From a virus (Duplodnaviria > Caudoviricetes), in the IMG/VR virus record IMGVR_UViG_3300005663_003087, positions 1 to 46,888 of that record: 46,888 bases of DNA; one strand, 5' to 3'. Each line of letters opens with the position of its first letter. Position 1 is the first letter of the stretch. Under the pieces are notes generated by a model. That model was not told the origin of the DNA. It saw only the letters and a program-made list of their open reading frames with translations, and did not search any database. A program made the translations under genes and the position numbers. Shown here piece after piece: positions 44,053 through 46,888 of this stretch.

Positions 44053-46098
44053 CTAGACGGCCCGTCGGTTGCGGGCGGGTGACAGCCCGTCCGCATCCAT
44101 TACTTTCGCGATAGCGCGAAAATCGTTGTGATGCTGGTAGCGTTCGTACCAGTCGCGTGCCGCTTCCGGCACTTCCTCTGCCTGCTGAAGTTGGGCATCC
44201 AGCTTTTTCCAAAGCCGATAACGCTCCATCTTGTTGTGGGGTATCTGAAAGCGTGTGCCTTGATCCGCCAATTGCTTGGCGTAGGCGCGGCCTGCGGCTG
44301 CCTGCTTTTCGTCTGAATAGCTGGCGGCGGGGGTAATCGCGCGGATCTCGACATCGCTGCCGGTAATGGTTTTGGCTTTTTGTGCCAAGCGATTGAGCTG
44401 GCCTTTTTCGCGTTTTTCGGCGGCGCGCTGAATCATCGTTGCAGGCATTGCGGGGGTGGCATTGCCGTCGAGAATGGCGTCGCCAAGGTGCTCGCCATCC
44501 AGGGTGTAAACGCCGACGCTGCCGGTGTCGCGGTAGTCCCAGGCCACGCGGATCTCTTCGCCGTGCATGTCGCGCAGCGCATCCAGGAAGTAGAGGCCGC
44601 CGTTGATGCGTACTTCGCCACGGTTGGTTTTGCGCACTTCCTGCGGGCGCATTAGCGAGGCGACCACATCGCTAGGTGCGGTTAGCGCTTCAAAGCCTTC
44701 CGCTTCGGCGCTCTTCCAGGCTTCCATCGGGCTTTGGTTGCGCAGCCTGCCGGTGTCTAAGTCGCGTACTTTGGAAAGGCCTTTATGTGGGCGGTGGTTA
44801 TAGACGTTTAGCGCCTCGTTTAAAGAATCAAAGAACTCCTGAAACGTGGGTATTAGTGCAGGCTTTAACCCTTTTTTAATATCGCGGCGGCTTAACTTGT
44901 GCGCCTTGGTAGACGCTTCTTTATCCATATCCGCACCGATATAGCTGTCCATGGTTTTAGCCAGCTTTACCAAGGTGCTTTGGTGGGCGCGCTCAATCAC
45001 GCCGCGTGCCTGTGAGTTATAAGGCAGCGAGTGGGTAATGGTGCCGCCAAGGCGGTCGACCACTTCATAAACAGTGGCGTTGTCAAAACCGCTGCCGTTA
45101 TCGACATAAAACAGATTGAACATGCCCACGCGGCTAACGGCATCGCGCAACGCATCCAGCGTGGCCACGGTGGACTCTGCAAGGTTGAGGGCGAAGCCAA
45201 CGATCCGGCGCGTTGCCCAGTCGATAATCAGCGTGACTTCGGGCCGGAAGGCTTGGCCGGTGAGCGGGTTGATCACTTCGGCGTCAAAGGTGTGGCCATC
45301 CGCGACCCACACATCGTTCGGCCATAGCTCCGCACTGGTGCGGCGCTTGAAGGGCTGAAGTGCTTTTAGCTCATGGGCACCCATGCGGCCACGCTCACGC
45401 GCTTCCGGTGAGAGCTTGGCAAGCCAGCGGCGCACCTGGTGTATAGAGGGGTGCGGCGGCTGGGTCTGTTCGACTAGCAATTGGTAAGCAGCTTCGACCG
45501 ATGGTTTCTGCGGCTTTTGGTAGCGCTTAAGAAAATCACCGGCCCAGGCAGGCATGCTCATATCCGCTTGGCGGCGTTTGGGGGCTAGGCCGCGTTCGCC
45601 GTGCTTGCGGAAGTCAGCGATCCAGCGCTTTAACGTGCGCTCGCTTAGATTGCGGGTTTCCGTTTTACGGTCATTGGCCATTACCACGCGCTGTTTTAAA
45701 TATGGCGTTAGATCGTCAGCCTGTGCGTGAGCAACTAACGTTTCGATAGCGCGCTGCTGGCTGACCATTTTGCTCATGCGTTCGATCTCGCGAACGAAGG
45801 CCACACGAGCGGTCATCACTTGACGCTGGGCATCGGTCAGTTGCTGCTGGCCTGGGCGCTGCTCTTCTGGCTGCGGCGCTAGGGTGCTAACAGGCGTTGG
45901 CGCGGCGTTATCTGCCTGTGCCAAAAGCAATGCGTTTTGGGTTTCGGTGGGTAGAACGGCGAAGGCGTATTCAACGGCCTTGCTGCCTAGGCGCTGCTGG
46001 CCTTCCCAACCATGGCGTTTGGCATATTCACGCACATTGCGTTCTGTGCCGGGTAGCCCTGGTAGCCCGGCCAGTTCTTTGGCGGTGTACCAGTTCAT
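44053..46098 (-). CDS. MuA-like DDE transposase
   Basis: N-terminal Mu HTH (WYTAKELAGLPGLP); WVADGH, YVDNGSG and ARGVIER catalytic motifs. Confidence 0.95.
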   Translation of the reverse strand: MNWYTAKELAGLPGLPGTERNVREYAKRHGWEGQQRLGSKAVEYAFAVLPTETQNALLLAQADNAAPTPVSTLAPQPEEQRPGQQQLTDAQRQVMTARVAFVREIERMSKMVSQQRAIETLVAHAQADDLTPYLKQRVVMANDRKTETRNLSERTLKRWIADFRKHGERGLAPKRRQADMSMPAWAGDFLKRYQKPQKPSVEAAYQLLVEQTQPPHPSIHQVRRWLAKLSPEARERGRMGAHELKALQPFKRRTSAELWPNDVWVADGHTFDAEVINPLTGQAFRPEVTLIIDWATRRIVGFALNLAESTVATLDALRDAVSRVGMFNLFYVDNGSGFDNATVYEVVDRLGGTITHSLPYNSQARGVIERAHQSTLVKLAKTMDSYIGADMDKEASTKAHKLSRRDIKKGLKPALIPTFQEFFDSLNEALNVYNHRPHKGLSKVRDLDTGRLRNQSPMEAWKSAEAEGFEALTAPSDVVASLMRPQEVRKTNRGEVRINGGLYFLDALRDMHGEEIRVAWDYRDTGSVGVYTLDGEHLGDAILDGNATPAMPATMIQRAAEKREKGQLNRLAQKAKTITGSDVEIRAITPAASYSDEKQAAAGRAYAKQLADQGTRFQIPHNKMERYRLWKKLDAQLQQAEEVPEAARDWYERYQHHNDFRAIAKVMDADGLSPARNRRAV

Positions 46099-46532
46099 TC
46101 CTCTTCTCCCATCAGCTTTTTCAGCTTGCGTAGATCTGCATTGACACGCTCTTGAATGCGGGAAAGTTTCCCGTATTCGGCAGCAAGGGCTTCACGGCCA
46201 TAGGCGACGCGCCCGCCACGCAGGTGCACGATCCAGTCAGTAAAGACGTGGCTTTGGCAGACCTCTTCCAGCAGTGGAATGCGGTAGAAAGGGATGTTGT
46301 GATCGCAGCGTCCTGGCGAACTCCACGCATCCAGCATGTGCTTGGAGACGTCGTCACCCGAGAAACGGCTCATCTGCGCGGCGACTTCGTAACGATCAAC
46401 GGGGCAATCCTTCAGCACGAGACCGACTAACTCGCTGACCTGGGCGGCGTAGTTGCCGCTGCCTGGCATAGGTACGACCGGCGCCGGTACCTCAAAGATG
46501 TCTAATGTTTGGGTATCTTTGACGCGTCGCAT
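46095..46532 (-). CDS. Hypothetical DNA-binding protein
   Basis: Between ner and the transposase; HTH-like segment. Confidence 0.65.
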   Translation of the reverse strand: MRRVKDTQTLDIFEVPAPVVPMPGSGNYAAQVSELVGLVLKDCPVDRYEVAAQMSRFSGDDVSKHMLDAWSSPGRCDHNIPFYRIPLLEEVCQSHVFTDWIVHLRGGRVAYGREALAAEYGKLSRIQERVNADLRKLKKLMGEEE

Positions 46533-46534
46533 GG

Positions 46535-46888
46535 CTATGCTCCCTGTGCCATTTGACGATGCGCGATAGCGTTAGAACCGCTATCCTTGTCGCATAAACG
46601 GTTTTGCGCTTTTGCAGTTGGGAGTTTTTCTGCGCGGTTGGGGCGTTCGCGGCATGGTGTGCCGTCGTGGTTCCAGCGCTCTGGCCAAATAGCTTGTGGT
46701 GTGAAGCCAAGCTTTTTGGCGATAGCGCGCTCCATGCGTGGGTAAGGCGTGTACTTAACAAGCTGTACCGCGTTGCCGGTGACACCCAGCTCATCGCTTA
46801 ACTTGCGCAAGCTGCATCCTTGGCTGCGGAGTTGGTATTTCAGCCACTCCCAGCGCTGGGAAGGATTGATAGGAATTTCGTGGTTCAT
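46535..46888 (-). CDS. ner: Ner-family transcriptional regulator
   Basis: LRSQGCSLRKLS...PYPRMERAIAKKLG..PQAIWPERW. Confidence 0.88.
   Translation of the reverse strand: MNHEIPINPSQRWEWLKYQLRSQGCSLRKLSDELGVTGNAVQLVKYTPYPRMERAIAKKLGFTPQAIWPERWNHDGTPCRERPNRAEKLPTAKAQNRLCDKDSGSNAIAHRQMAQGA

Larger units (their letters stand above)
11233..46888 (-). mobile_element. Mu-like transposable prophage with a non-contractile tail; repressor end lies outside the window
   Basis: ner-A-B-mor-lysis-terminase-portal-F-G-I-T-tail-com-methylase order; no sheath gene. Confidence 0.95.

Noticed and set aside
16498-46801. Many alternative-frame and antisense ORFs in the ORF track
   Set aside because: They overlap well-supported phage genes, lack recognisable motifs and are expected in GC-rich DNA

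Overview
The window holds two adjacent prophages, probably from a gammaproteobacterium (host identity is inference only). (1) Positions 1 to about 11140 are an integrated filamentous phage (inovirus). It has a P2/Pf4-type integrase, Rep, excisionase and repressor, joined to an Ff/M13-type assembly module (pI/pXI plus its own pIV secretin). It carries a low-GC two-gene cargo (DUF2726-like and DUF2971-like) and ends in a duplicated 3' half of tRNA-Leu(CAA). (2) From about 11233 to beyond the window end is a Mu-like transposable prophage with a non-contractile tail, on the minus strand. Its order is ner, MuA, MuB, early genes, mor, lysis, head, tail, com and an adenine methyltransferase. The most notable signals are non-coding or hidden. 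There is a type II hammerhead ribozyme in the early operon (40058-40118). A promoter-driven four-way-junction RNA (30154-30241) lies directly behind a MuF protein with a putative ribonuclease C-terminus and no clear protein immunity gene. A second structured antisense RNA lies upstream of com. Other signals are a translation-blocking hairpin on the methylase start, three EF-hand loops in the tape measure protein, a -1 frameshift in the tail chaperones and a DUF488 two-gene moron. All family assignments are from motif recognition by eye; no database searches were run.
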